From Monocercomonoides exilis PA203 (Eukaryota > Protista > Preaxostyla): 64,000 nt of DNA. The translations under genes and the position numbers were made by a program. How positions within the stretch are numbered: position 1 is the first letter of the stretch; each line of letters starts with the position of its first letter. The notes under the pieces are model-generated. The model was given only the letters and a program-made list of their open reading frames with translations, was not told where the DNA came from and did no database searches. The stretch spans positions 248,001 through 312,000 of the forward strand of contig LSRY02000003.1 of assembly GCA_001643675.2 (NCBI GenBank). The letters are read 5' to 3'. Shown here in pieces: positions 14,901 to 29,049 of the stretch.

Positions 14901-17116
14901 TATTCATTGCAGCTGAAATTGCATTTGAAGAACTTTCCAGTGTATTATTGTCTGAAGCGCGAACTTGATAATTCAAAGAATTTCTTTCAGAAGAATTAAA
15001 ATCACTTTGAGACCTCGACAAATTGTCGTTCGAGCTGGATGAGTCAGGCATAAACTCATTTTTCACAGCTCTGCAAGACGCATGATAATCAGCAAAAGCA
15101 AGTGGATGTATTGGAAATGTAGACGATCCAACACTAAAATTTGATTTTTCCCGAATCGAATTTTTTGAAGAATCAGCCGATAAAGAAGTGTCAGTGTCTA
15201 AATTGCGCATGTCCACAAGCTGAGCGCATCGGAGTCTGTGGAGCACACGCAGCAGCTCTTCTCTCATCTTCGCAGAGTTGCTGTCTGCCACTTTTGCGCG
15301 GGTGACGTGGTTGGAGAGCTCGATGCTGACTTGTGTGAAGTTGAAAGGCCACACAAAAGAAGTGAGATTCACAGGAAGCGATTGGTCGTAGCTCAGAATA
15401 TTTCGAGTGGCTGCAAGGAAAAATATAAAAATCACACAAAATTGTTCAAAATAATTGAAATGTGAGCATTAAAAAAAAAGAAGAAGATTGAATTGTCATT
15501 GAAAACAAGAAATTCAATAAGAGATGCATACCACTTATATCAGTCACCAACTTTATCAGGCTTCGTTCAATAGCTCCTCCTCTCTGGTCGAGTCTGCTTT
15601 CCATTGATTCGATTGCCTGCACTGTCTTTTCTCTGAGTTGCTTGTTCACATCGTCTGCTTCTGCCAGGCTGCTCATCTGCATCGCATCGTGGTTCAAATA
15701 TGCATCCACAATCACAGCGATTGTGCGGTTGATCTCAGATGTGAGTGTGTTTGGGTCGGTTGGCGTTACAATCACTTCAGAGGGATTCACAGGATCATAA
15801 GTTATCTGGTAGGGAAAATAAATGAAAAGTTTAGAAATATTTATCAAAAATAATTGAATAAATAATAGTTAGAAAAAATAAAAGGAACGATATATCATTA
15901 GATATAGAAATTTCATAAAAACAAAAATACATATAAAACAAGTTAAAAGTGCAAACATCGATTTTAATTGACTGCAAAATGTGCAGCATTTCTAAGAAAT
16001 TATCAATATATCCGTTTTTTTCGAATTCCTGATCAAATATTTCTCTATTAACTTCTTCAGCTCCTTTTTGCTCCTCCAACAGCATTCTCTCCAACACTTC
16101 ATCAGAAGTCCATCCTTTTTTCCCTCTCCATGAAAGAGAATCCCATTCACTCGGACTCTTTCTCTCTCTTTCCCTCAGCGTCCAGTAAGGATTAGCCTTT
16201 GTAAATGGATTGTCTCTGTTCAGATATTCATCTCGGATTGGATTGAAAACATATGAAGAAGTATGCCAAGTAAGCATTGGCGAGCTCTCGTTAAGGAATG
16301 GTTTTAAATAATCTTCAAAAATTTCACTTGACGATGCAAAAACTGTTATTTTGAAAAGATATCATCCAAGAATAAATAACAAAATCAAAAAATAAATTAT
16401 TCAAACCATCTGAAACAGCACTTAAATCGGAAGGCAAAGACGAAAGAAAATTTACTGTCGTGCTCATTCCATCATTAACCTTATAAATTGTTGATGGAAT
16501 AATTAAAATTCCAACTGTGGCCACAATCAAAAAGAACGATGCAATAATGCTTAGAATAAAAGTGACTGTCATTGTTACGACTTTACAAGGGAAATAGCCT
16601 CTTTCCCAGCAACAGCAACGACAAAATGGCTTTTCTTTCTTTGGGTTGCAACATTTCATCAACGAGCCAAAAAAAGAACCAATAATTATAAAAAGCAGTA
16701 CTCCCCAGATAACATATGTTGGAATCATGGAAATTATAATTGACTGTATTAATAATAAATTTTACAATTTGAAATTAACAAAAATGACGAGAAAATACCT
16801 TTTTATAAACTGATTGCGACTCTTTATTTTCGAAAAGCCCTTGCACCCCTGGAGATGTTTTGTCAGCTTCATAAAACATTCTTAAGAAACTAGGAAAATA
16901 ATGGCTTGCTTCATTTTCTTTTCCACATAAACGTCTCATTGAACGAGCAAATTGTGACGTCACTGAAGAAATAAACCAAGGAGTTTCATTTTCTAAAAGT
17001 ATAAACAACATTTAAAACATTTAAAAAATCTACAATATGAAAAATTTCAGCGAACCTTCAGGAGTATTCGCTTTGGCAATTGTAACCGCAATAAACAACG
17101 CCAAAGCTTTTAACAT
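11953..17116 (-). CDS. Multi-exon prominin-like 5-TM membrane protein
   Basis: ATG at 17116 gives a signal peptide MLKALALFIAVTIAKA. Exons lie in ORFs 16775-17011, 16324-16728 (TM1, Cys-rich CCNPK/CRCCC loop, TM2), 15831-16277, 15446-15847 and 11953-15435 (TM3/TM4 pair, long loop, TM5 VWFGVFVG, charged tail). Exact splice sites not all resolved. Confidence 0.65.
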
Positions 17117-17217
17117 ATTCTAAAATTTGTGATGGAACGAATGATCTTTTTTAACCATATTAACAAAAGAATTTTTTATTTTTTCTTTGTAACTAACCAA
17201 AAGAGCCTTTAGTCCCG

Positions 17218-20200
17218 ATGTTTAAGGCCTTTTTTTTCTGTGGGATTAAAGATACAGCACCTCCAAAACCTGTTATCTTATTTGAGTGTGCTGTTTTCAA
17301 CATGATTGTTCATTCATAAACTTTCGTTTTCAGATTTCAGGATAATCAGGGAAAATTGCCAGTTAATATTTTAAATTATTGTTTTCCAACTTTACCGGAA
17401 AAAACAACTCATTTGCAGAAGTGTGCATATTTCATAAATCTTTATTTGTAATCATCATCTATCGCTGATAATTATTCAACAAGGGAATTTACAAATTTTA
17501 TAATTCCAAATCTTGGACTAATCGGATATCGGCAGATGTTTTTACCTCAACATAAGCCTGAAACTCGTTTTCCTCTTGCCCTTTGTTTTGTTACTGATCT
17601 GTATGATCCAAAATCTTTTTAAAATTGAAATAATTTCAAACCTATTTTTTATCAAACAGGAGATGGTCAAATATTTTTCAAGTTGCACTTGATCACATTC
17701 AAAAGTTATTTTTAGCAAAGCCAAAACTGTTTTATCCTCCATCAGCAAATTCATCAACACTCCCAGCAAGGATAGCTCCTCAATTTACTCCATTTTTAAC
17801 GCTTTTTGTTTGCATTATTGTTATCTTTGCTATTTTTTTTAACTTTTTTTTAATTGAAAATTGCAAAAAATTGCAATTGAATCTCAGAAAAGTATTCCTG
17901 TTCCTCAGCCCAATCTTCATGTTGATCTTGTCACAAATGGAGTTCAAAAGATAATTCGTCCAAAAGCACGCTTTTTTTATCCAGATTTTGAGCATTGCCT
18001 GTCGATACTTGCAACTCAGCTTTGTTTTGAAGAGATTCTTGCATGCATTTCATGGATGCTCACTCAAAAGTATTAATCATTCATTAGTTGATTATTTTCT
18101 ATATATATTGCTTTTTCGTTATATTTGCTTATTTATTTTCTCTCTCTCTCTCTCTTTTTCTCATTCTCAGATCGCTTGTTATTATTTCTTCTTCAACTTC
18201 TTCCTCTTCTTCTTCTTCTCACTGCCTCATTGCACTTCTCTCACTTCTGTCTCCCTTTCGCTGGCCACACACAATTGCTGCACCAGCCACACGAGAATTC
18301 ATCGTATCAATCAAAAAAGATATCGAAGAAGGCAAAGCACAGATAAAGCCAATGCTTTTGAGTGTGGAAGAAGAGAAGGTTAAAGAAGGAGGAGAAGAGG
18401 AGGAGGAGGAAAGAGGAAAATGGGATTTTCTTGGAGATTCTTGTGTTGTTCGCTTAGATGGACCAAAAAAAGGATGTAAAATTCATCTTGTTAATAATGC
18501 TTCATCTTCATTGTCATCATCTTCTTCTTCCTCCTCTTCCTCTTCCTCTTCTTCTTCTTCTTCTTCAATGAAAGAGCACAATTCAAACGAGATTCCATTC
18601 AGCAGCGATATCTCTTCTCTCATCACATCAAACTCTTTTCCTTCTCATCTCACAGACTTCACCTCAATCTGCACATTCATTTCATCTGCTTTGAAGCTTT
18701 CTTCAGCTGTTCCTCTTCCATTCAAGTCATATCCAAGCACTTTCTCTTCTTCTTCCTCCTCTTCTTCCTCCTCTTCTTCTTCATCTTCTTCCTCTTCATC
18801 TTCTTCTTCCTTTTCCCCCTTCGAACTTCGTGATCGCCTCTATTTTGTGTTTCTCCATCTTCTTTCCTTCTACCCTTCTTTCACTTCTTCAACTGGCTTT
18901 GAATCTTCTCGTTTTCTCAACGCATTTTCAGATGCTTCTTCTTCTTCTTCTTATCCTTCAAAATTGTTTCCTTCGCAAATCACTTTCCCTTTTTTGAAGG
19001 CAATTATTAAGCCTTCTTCTTTTCCTTCTTCTTCTTCTTCTTCAAAGCAATCAGATGGATTGAATGAAAAAGAAGAGAGAGAAGAAGGAAAAGAAGAAGA
19101 AGGAAAAGAAGAAAATGAATTAGAAGGAGAAGGAGAAGGAGAAGAAGAAGTGAATGAATCTTTAACATCTCACAGATATTTCTCTTCTTTGCTTGACACA
19201 CGATCGATGATGAGGGCGAATGGGGTGTTGATGAGCGATCAACTAGAAAGGGACATTGAGAAGGAGAGGAAGAAAGGCGAAGAGAGAAGAAGCGAAGAAT
19301 ATCAGAGGAATAAAGAGAAGAAGAAGAAGGAAGAGGATGGGGAAGAGGGGGAAGGATGGGGAAGAGGAGAAGGAGGAGGAGGAGGAGGAGAGGAAGAAGA
19401 AGAAGAAGTTGATTGGGGAGATTATGAAGATGAATGGAATGATGCAAATGAAGAGGAGGGAAATGAAAAGAAAGAGGAAGAAGAAGGAGAAAAGGGAGAA
19501 GGAGAAAAGGGAGAAGAGAAGAAAGAAGAACAAGGCAATGAAAAAGAAGGCAAAGAAGAAGAAGAAATGGAAAAGATGATAGGAAATGCATCAACAAGTG
19601 TAGAAGAAGCAGGAAAAAAGGAATTTGATGCGAATGACGAGAAAGAGAAAGAGAAAGAGAAAGAGAAAGAGAAAGAAAACGAAAGAGAAGAAATAAAAGA
19701 AGATGAAATGCCAACGACAAATAAAACTGATGAAGCTTCGAATTCTTCAGTGAAATCAGAAGAAGTCGAAATGAAAGAAAAGAACGAAACAGAAAAACAG
19801 AAAGAAGAAGAAGAAGAAGAAGAAGAAAGCTCGTCTTCTGTCAGCAAACAAGAAGAGAAGGATGCAAATTTAACACAAATCGATGAAGATGAAGATTCAC
19901 AGCACAAAATCATACAAAGTGAAGTGGAAGAAGGCAAAGAAAATGAATTGAATGAGAATAAAGTTGTAATTTCATCCTTTTCAGAGAAAGAAGAAGAAAA
20001 AGAAGAAGAAAAAGAAGAAAAAGAAAAAGAAGAAAGAAGAAAAGAAAGTTTTTCAGATGAAAATGATTGGGATGACTTTGAAGCAGCAACAGAAGTTGAT
20101 GATGAGCATAAAGAGACAAAGAAGGAAGAGGAGAAAGAAAGTGGAAAAGAAGAAGAGAAAGAGAAAGAAGAAGAAGAGAAAGAGAAAGAGAAAAAAGAAG

Positions 20201-23200
20201 AGAAAGAGAAAGAGAAAAAAGAAGAGAAAGAGAAAGAAGAGAAAGATGAAAAAGAAGAAATTAAGCAGGAAGATGATGCAGTTCAAAAGAAAGAAGATGA
20301 AAAGGAAGATGAAAAGAAGAAAGAAAAAGAAGAAAAAGAGGAAGAGGAAGAGGGAAAATTAACGTTGGAGACAGAAAAAGCAGAAGAAGATGATCTTCTT
20401 CAAAGAAACGATGCAGATGTTGAACAGGAAATAAAAGAAGAAGAAACTAAAGTTGAAGAAGAAGATAAAGAAGAAGATAAAGAAGCTGAGAAAGAAGAAG
20501 ATCCTAAAGAAGAAGAAAAGAAAGAAGAAAAGAAAGAAGAAAAGGAAGAAGAAAAGGAAGCAACAAAATTTGAGTTTGATGAATGGGATGAGTTTGAAGA
20601 TGCAGTTAATGTTGCATCGGATGGGAATGCTATTTCAGAAGTGTCAAATGAAAATGCTAATGTTAATGGTATGAAAGAGGGAAAAGAAGAGAAAGAAGAA
20701 AAAGAAGAGAAAGAAGAGAAAGAAGAAGTGGAAAAAGAAAAAGAAGAGAAAGAAGAGAAAGAGGAAGATAAAGAAAAAGAAGAAAACACACAAAATTTCC
20801 AACTCACTGAAGAAGAAAGAACACAAAAAGAAGCAAAAATGAAAGAAGAAGCAATTTCTGAAGAGAACAATCAATTTGGCAGTGGAGGCGATTGGGATGA
20901 TTTTGAAGCAGCAGAAATGGAAGAATTGAATGTGAAGACAAATGTAAAGGAAAATGATGATGAAGAAGAAGATTATGATGAAAATGATAGGGGAAAAGAA
21001 GAGAGAAAAGATGAAAAGGAAGAGGTTAAAGAAGAGGTGAAAGAAGAAGAAAAAGAAGATGAGCAGAAAGAAGAAGAAGAAGAAAACAATGAGCAAGATG
21101 TTGATGAACAAGAAAATGGGAAAATTGACATTGCAAATAAGGAAGAAGCTGATGTTAAAAGAGAAGAAGATGAAGAGGAGAAAGAGAAAGAGAAAGAGAA
21201 AGAGAAAGAGAAAGAGGCAAAGATAGAGACAGAAATTGGAGATGAAGATGACTGGGATAATTTTGAGTCAGCAGAAATTAATATTACTCAACAAACAGAT
21301 GAAACTGAAGCTAAATTGAAAGAAGAAGAGAAAGAAGAAGAAGAAAAGGGGAAAGAAGAGAAAGAAGAAGACACAACAAAACAAGAGAATCAACTTGATC
21401 AAAATGAAATAAAAGAAGATGAAAAACAAGATGAAAAAGGAGAAATCGAAGGAGCTTTCAAGCAGAATGAAGGAGCAGATGAAGATTGGGATGATTTTGA
21501 GGCAGCAGAAATAGGAAATGTTGCTGTTGATGGCAAAAGAGAAGAGAAGAAGGAGAAAGAGGAGGAAGAAAAGGATGAAGAAAAAGAGAAAGAAGAGAAA
21601 GAAGAAAAAGAAGAGAAAGAAAAGCAAGAAAAACCAGAAGATGAAGAAAAAACAACCAAAAAGAATGAATCTTCATTGAATGAAGAAGATGAAGTTGAGT
21701 GGGATGATTTTGATATGGCGGAATTTGACAGCCAAACAGAAAAGAAAACAGAAAGCGAAAGAATAAAAGAAGAAGAAGAAGAAGAAATTGATCATGATAA
21801 AGAAGAGGGGAAGAAAGAAGAAGAAATAAATGAAGGAGATAAAATGGAAGAGAAAGGATTGGGTGTTGAAGAAGAAGAAGAAGAAAGGGGAAAAGGAAGG
21901 AAAGAAGAAGAAGAAGCAATTGCCACAATATCATCATCATCATCATCTCCATCATCATCATTAGCAAAAGAAGAGAATAAAAACAGCTTAGCTAATATTA
22001 CAAATGATTTTGATGATGACTGGGATGACTTTGAAGCAGCAGAAATTGATAACATTGAGAAAGATGTGAAAAGTGAAGAAGAAGAAGAAGACAATGAGAA
22101 AGAAAAAGAAGAGAAAAAAGAAGGAAAAGAAGAAGATAATGAAAAGGAAGGAGAAGAGGAAGCGGATGATGAAGAAGAAGCAATGAAGGAACTGGAAATG
22201 ATCGAAGAAAAACCAGAAGAAGAAGAAGAAGAAGAAGAAAAAGAAGGCAAAGAAGTTTCAGGAGAAAGCGAAGAAAAGCAAGAGAAAGCCGAGCTAACTG
22301 ATAAAAACAATAATAATAATAATAAAACTGATGATAATGTTGCTATTAATGGTGAAGATGAAGATGAAGATGATTGGGGTGATTTTGATGGAGCAGGAAC
22401 AGAAGCAGCAAATGCAATCGCTCCACCTGTTGCCTTTTTCTCTTCTGCTCCTTCGTTTTCTGTGGAAACAGAGAAGAAGAAGTCAGATTTAACAGCCTCA
22501 ATGAATTCTTCTTCTTCTTCTTCTTCTTCTTCTTCTTCTTCTTCTTCTTCAAATACTTCTGAGGTGTATGAAGAAAATGCAAGAAAAATGGATAACGTGC
22601 CTTCTTTCTTTGCTTCTTCTTCTTCTTCTTCTTCTTCTTCTGTTAAAGTTGATGATAAAATTGATTCTCATCTGAATGAAAAATCGAATAATGAATTGGA
22701 TATGGAAGAATCAAATGAAAAAGAGAAAGAGAAAGAAGAGAAAAAAGAGAAAGAAGATGAGGAGAAAGAGAAAGAAAAACAAAGAGAAGAAGAATCAGAA
22801 CATTCTGAAGAAAAGAAAGAAGAGATTGAAGAAGAAGAAGAAAAGAAAGAAGAGAAAGAGAAAGAGAAAGGAAAAGAAGAAGAAGAAGAAGTTACAAAAA
22901 GAAAGGAAGAAAAGGAAGAAGAGAAGAAAACAAACAAAAGAGAAAAAGTTTCATTGAAAGATCTTCTTTTCTCTTATCCGCCTTATTCTGCAAAGGAGAA
23001 AGAAGAGAAAGAAGAGAAAGAAGAGAAAGAGAAAGAGAAAGGAAAAGAAAAAGATAACAAAGAAGAAGAAAGCGAAGAAGAACTGCCAATGTTTGAAGGG
23101 CTGAAGAAAGAAGAAATTAAAGAAGAAAAAGTTGTCATTGAAAAATGCAACTATTGCACAGAATATGCACCTTCACCTGATTGTTATGATTTTGACAAGG

Positions 23201-26200
23201 AAGAAGGAGGAGAAAGAGGAGAAGGAGAAAGAGAAAGAGAAGAAAGAGAAGAAGAAGAAGAAGACACAATGAAAAATGTAGAACAAATTTCTTCTTCTTC
23301 TGATTCTGCTTTTTCTTCTTCTTCTTCTTCTTCTTCTTCTTCTTCTTCTTCTTCTCTTCATCCTTCTCTTTCTCTTTATTCTTCTGCCTCATCCACTTTG
23401 AATCTCTTAGAAAAATCTGTTCCAAAACTGCTGTGTGAATTGAGTGTGTTGGAAGCATTCATTGAAGCACGTAAAGAAGAAGAAATTGAAAAGGAGAAGA
23501 AGGAAGAGAAAGAGAAGGAGAAGGAAAAAGATAAAGAGAAAGAGAAAGAAAATGATAAAGAGGATAAAGAAACAAAAGAAGTAAAAGAAGATGGAAATAA
23601 AACAGAAAATGCAGTGGAAGATAAAGAACTTTTTTCTCCTTCTTCTCTTTCTTTCCTCTCCATTTTATCCCACAAAAATTCTTCTTCTCTTTCTTCTTCT
23701 CTTTCTTCTTCTCTTTCTTCTTCTTCTCTTTCTTCTTCTTCTCTTCTTCATCTTCCACCCATCCGCCTTCCTTTGTCTCAATCCAGTCAATTTCTGGGGG
23801 ACAAATCAATCAGAAGATTAGAGGGAGATGATGAGAGAGGAAGAGAAAGCTGTTCATTGAATTATCTTCTGAAGGATGTTGGCTGTGAACAACTGTGCAG
23901 CATTGGAAGGATGGTTGAAGAGAAGAGGAAGAGGAAGGAGAAGAAGGAGATAGAGAAAGAGAGAGAGAAGGAGAAGGAGAAGAAGGAAGAAGGAAATGTT
24001 GAAGAAGGAAAAGAAAGGAAAGGAAGAGAAGAAGAAAACAAAGTTCACACAATTTTATTCGAAAGCGAAAAACTGAATAAACTTAAAGCAAAACAAGAAG
24101 AAAAAGGAAAAGAAGGCGAAATTTCGAACATTAACAACAAATCGAAAGATATTTCGAGTTTAGAGAAACCTTCTCCATTGAAACAAGAAGAGAAAGAGGA
24201 AGAGAAAGAGAAAGAGAAAGAGAAAAAAGACGATAAAAGCACTTCTTCTGCAAAGGAGAAGAAGCCTTCATCATTCTTCTCTTTCTTCTCTTCCAATTCT
24301 TCTTCTTCTGCTTCTTCTTCTGCTTCTTCTTCCTCATCCAAGCCATCTATTAACACTTCCACTCCATCACCTTCATCTTCTCCTCCTCTTTCTGAGTCAA
24401 ACGGGTTTGTTCCATCATTTTTCTCCTCTTCTCCTTCTTCTTCCTCTACCTCTTCTTCCTCTTCCTCTTCTTCTCAAACCATTTCACATTCCAAACAGCC
24501 TTCTATCAACTTCTTTGGAGGTTCCATTGATTCATCATTTTCTTCTTCTTCCTCCTCTTCTTCCTCCTCCTCCTCTTCTTCTTCTTCTTCTTCACCAACT
24601 CCAACACCTTCTGCTTCTCCTTCATTCTTTGGGGGTGCAAATGACGTGAAGGAAGAAGAAGAAAAGAAAGAGAAGGAAGAAAAAGAAGAGAGAAAAGAGA
24701 GAAAGGAGGAGAAGGAGAAGGAGAAGAAAAGCAGAAAGGAAGAAAAGAAAGAAGAAAAGAAAGAGAAGAAGAAAGAAAAGGAGAGAGAAAAGGAGAAAGA
24801 GAAAGAGAAAGAGAAAGATGAAAAAGAAAAGAAGAGCGAAAAAGAACAAAATAACAGAGCAACACATTCAAAGAAACCCTCTTCGTTCTTTTTGCCGGCA
24901 ATTTCTGCTCCTTCTTTCTTCACTTCATCAACAGCTGATGAAAAGATAAGCGAAAAGAAGGAGGAGAAGAACGAAGAGAAAGAGGAGAAAGAGAAAGAAA
25001 ACGAAGAAAAAGAGGAGAAAGAGAAGAAAGAAGACGAAAAAGAAGAGAAGAAAACTTCCACAAAAGAAAAAGAAAAACCTATTTCTGAACCTTCTGCTTC
25101 TGTTCCTTCTTTCTTTTCTTCATTTCCTTCTTCTTCTTCTTCCTCTTCCTCCTCCTCTTCTTCTTCTTCTTCAAATGTTACAATTTCTCCTTCTTCTTCT
25201 CCATCTCCTTCTGCCGCTCCTTCCTTCTTTTCTATGTCCAACAATACTATTTCTGATGCTTCAACATCTCAAATTGATTCTTCTCCCTCTGCTTCTTCTT
25301 CTTCTTCCTCTTCATCCTCTTCCTCTTTCTTTTCTTCTTCCTCCTCTTCTTCTTCTTCAGAAACACATTCAAAAGAAGAAGACGAAGAATTTGATGATTT
25401 CGATGATTTTCAGTCTGCTCCAACTGAAACATCGTCTGAAAGTGCTTCTTCTTCTTCTTCTTCTGCCTCAAACATTGTTGTCCCTTCCTTTTTCTCTTCT
25501 TCTCAACCTTCTCCTTCTTCCTCTTCTTCCTCCTCTTCTTCTTACTCTTCAATTTCATCTTCTTCCTCTTCCTCTTCTTCTCTCTCAACCTCCAAATCTT
25601 CTGATCTTTCTCCTTTCAACCAACAATCAGACAGTTCATCTCAATCAAACACATTCATCTTTCCTGATTCTTTGCTTGCTTCATCATCTTCATCATCATC
25701 TTCTTCTTCTTCTTCTTTTGACATTTCTTCATTGATTGATCCTTCTCTCTCGTTTCTCTTACAGCCTTCTTCTTCTTCCTCTTCTTTATCTTCCTCTCCT
25801 TCTTCTTCCTCCTCTTCATTGAATAAATCTTCAATTCTTCCTCGTCCAACACCAAAACCTCAACAAAGATCAGAAATGGATGACTTTCTTGATGAACTGT
25901 TTTCATCATCTTCTTCTTCCTCTTCCTCCTCCTCTTCTTCTTCTTCTTCTTCGAATTCTTCTTCTTCTTCTTCTGTCACATTGTTTTCATCTTCTTTGTC
26001 TTCTCATAATTTGTCTGCATCAAAAGACGAAGAAAATACAACCAATGATAAAGTTATTGATTCATCTGAATCAATTGAAGAAGGGGATGAAAAAGAAGAG
26101 AAAGAGAAAGAGAAAGAGAAAGAGAAAGAGAAAGAGAAAGAGAAAGAGAAAGAGAAAGAGAAAGAGAAAGAGAAAGAGAAAGAGAAAGAGAAAGAGAATG

Positions 26201-29004
26201 AGAATGAGAATGAAGAAGAAGAAAAGAAAAAAGAAGAAGAAGAAGAAGAAGAAGAGAAAGATGAAATAACCAACAAATCATCTGCTTCTTCTTCAAAGGA
26301 AATGACAACTTCTTCTTCTCTGTCTGATCAAAAAGAAGAAAAGAAAGAAGAAAAGGAAAAGGAAAAGGAAAAGGAAAAGGAAAAGGAAGAAACAGAAAAT
26401 GAAAAGAAGGAAAAAGAAAAAGAAGAAAAAGTTGAAAAAGAAGAGAAAGAAGAAAAAGAAGAAAAAGAATCCAAACCTCAAAATCCATCAAACATTGATA
26501 ACTTTGATAATTTCGATGATTTTGATGAATTTGACGATTTTGAGTCTGCTCCAATACAAAGCAATTCATCAGAACTTCCTCGTTTTCCTTCTTTTCCTGT
26601 TTCTGATGCAACACAAATTTCTTCAAAAGAACCACAAATTCAGTTGAAAGATAAAGAAACGAATGGAAATGAATCGTTTTTCTCTTCTGCTGCTTCAGAA
26701 AATGCATCATCTTCTGTTGTATCATCTGATTCTTCTTCTTCCACTTCTTCCTCTTCCTATTCCTCCTCCTCCTCCTCTTCTTCTTCTTCTTCTCAATCTT
26801 CTTCAGATGAAAAGAAAGTTGAAGAAGTTAATCTTCCTTCAAATGATATCGAATTTGACGACTTCGATGACTTTGAAGCTGCTCCTTCTATTGCTTCATC
26901 TTCTTCTTCCTCCTCTTCCTCCTCCTCATCATCTTCTTCTTCTTCCTCCTCCTCTTCTTCTGATTCCTTCTTTGCTTCAAATCCTTCTCTTTCTTTAGCT
27001 TCTTCCCCTGAAACACAATCAACACATCAACCTCTTTCATTTCCTTCTCCATTTGCTTTCCCTTCTTCCGCTTCTTCTTCTTCCACTTCTTCAATTTCTT
27101 CTTCCTCTTCTCCGTTTTCTTCTTCAACTGATTCAAATGCTCCTTCCTTCTTTTCTTCTCAGAAATCAATTGAAACATCTTCAAATGCTAATAAAAAGGA
27201 AAACAAAAAAGATTCACAGAAAGAAGAGAAAGAAGAAGAAGTCAAACAAAATTCTTCTTCTTCTTCCTTTTCTTCATTTGAAGAAAACTTTGTTCAATCA
27301 AAAACATCATCTTCAAATGAATCTTCATCAGAAAATGGAAATATTTCGTTCTTTTCATCTTCTCCTTCATCATCAGCATTAACATCTTCTGATTCTTATG
27401 CTTCTTCTTCTTCTGTCCAGCCATCTTTATCTGATGCTCCTTCATTTTTCACTTCTTCTTCTGACTCTTCGTCCTCCTTATCTTCTGCACCAAAAGAAGA
27501 TTTGCAACAAAAATCTAATGAACATACTCAAATTGATAACTTATCTTCATCTTCTGATTCAACCACATCTGATGCTTCATCTTCACTTTCCTCCTCTTCT
27601 TCTTCTTCTTCCTCTTCCTCCTCCCCCTCTTCTTCTCCTTCTTCCTCTTCTCCATCAGAGCCCGAACAATCCCCCGATTCAGCAGCGAATGAGCTGTTTA
27701 CTCTTCTTCTCTCCTCTCTCCAAACAGACAAGACTTCAAACAATTCATCTGAAGCAGATGAAATTCTTTCTTCTCTTTTCAACAAGTCTTCAAAGAATGA
27801 GAAGAAAACAGATGAAAAAGAAGAAAAAAGTGATGTTTTGAAGAATGTTGTGGAAGAGACAAAGGAAAAGAAAGAAAAAGAAGAAGAAGGAAAAGGAAAA
27901 GAAGAAGTTAATGTGCATTCAGATAGGAAAGAGGAAGAATTTATTTCTTCTTCTTCCTCATCTTCTTCATCTTCTCTTAGCGATTCGAAAAGCGATTCTG
28001 AAGCAAATGTTATGTCAGGCAAAAGCAATGAAATAGAGAATAGCATTATCTCTAACACATCATCATCAACTATTCCTTCTATTTCAACTTCTTCCTCCTC
28101 TTCCTCTTCCTCTTCCTCTTCATTTGATGCCAAAAACAATAATCTTTCAGACAATTTCGATGACTTTGATGATTTTGAGTCTGCTCCCATTCAACCTCAA
28201 CAAAGCATTCAGTTTGCGTTCTCATCTTCTCAATCTGCTCTTCTATCAAACACTTCTGCTTATCCTAACAATTCTTTAGCTGCCTCTTCTGCTTCTTTAG
28301 TTGCTCCTGTTTCTTCCTCTTCAATTTCATCTTCTTCTCTGCCATCTTCTTCTTCTTCACCTCCTCCTTTCTCACCTTCTTCTGCTATTTCATCATCATT
28401 ATCTGCTTCAGCATCGTCATCAACAACAACAGAATCTGATTCAACATCTCAAAAGACTCATTCAGAAATCGAATTTGATGACTTTGAATCAGCTGAAGTT
28501 CAAAGCTTCTCTTCAAATCAAAATATATCAACTGTAAATTCATCATCATCATCTTCTTCTTCTTCTTCTTCTTCTTCCACTTCTTCTCTTTCATTCTTTG
28601 GTCAATCCTCTCCTTCCTCCTCTCCTTCTTCTTCTCCTTCTTCCTCTTCCTCTTCTCTTCCTCTTCTTCCCAACTACAACTCTCAACAATCTTATCCTCT
28701 TTACAATCCAATGAGCAACAATGGAATTTCCTCTGCTTACTATCAAAATCCTCCTCCTCCTCCTCTTCCTCTTCCTCCTCATCCACAAACATATTCCATT
28801 CCTCCTTCAACGGTTGCTCATCTTCTGCCTCACCCTCAGATTTCTCATGCAAATCCATCAAATGCCTCTTCGTCTGCTTCTATTCAGAATAAGGAAACAT
28901 CAAAAATTGGAGAAAAAACGGAACAAAATGTGATGAATACAGCTAATCCTTCTTCCTCTTCCTCCTCTTCCTCCTCCTTCTCCTCCTCCTCCTCCTCCTC
29001 CTCC

Positions 29005-29049
<45 letters not shown>

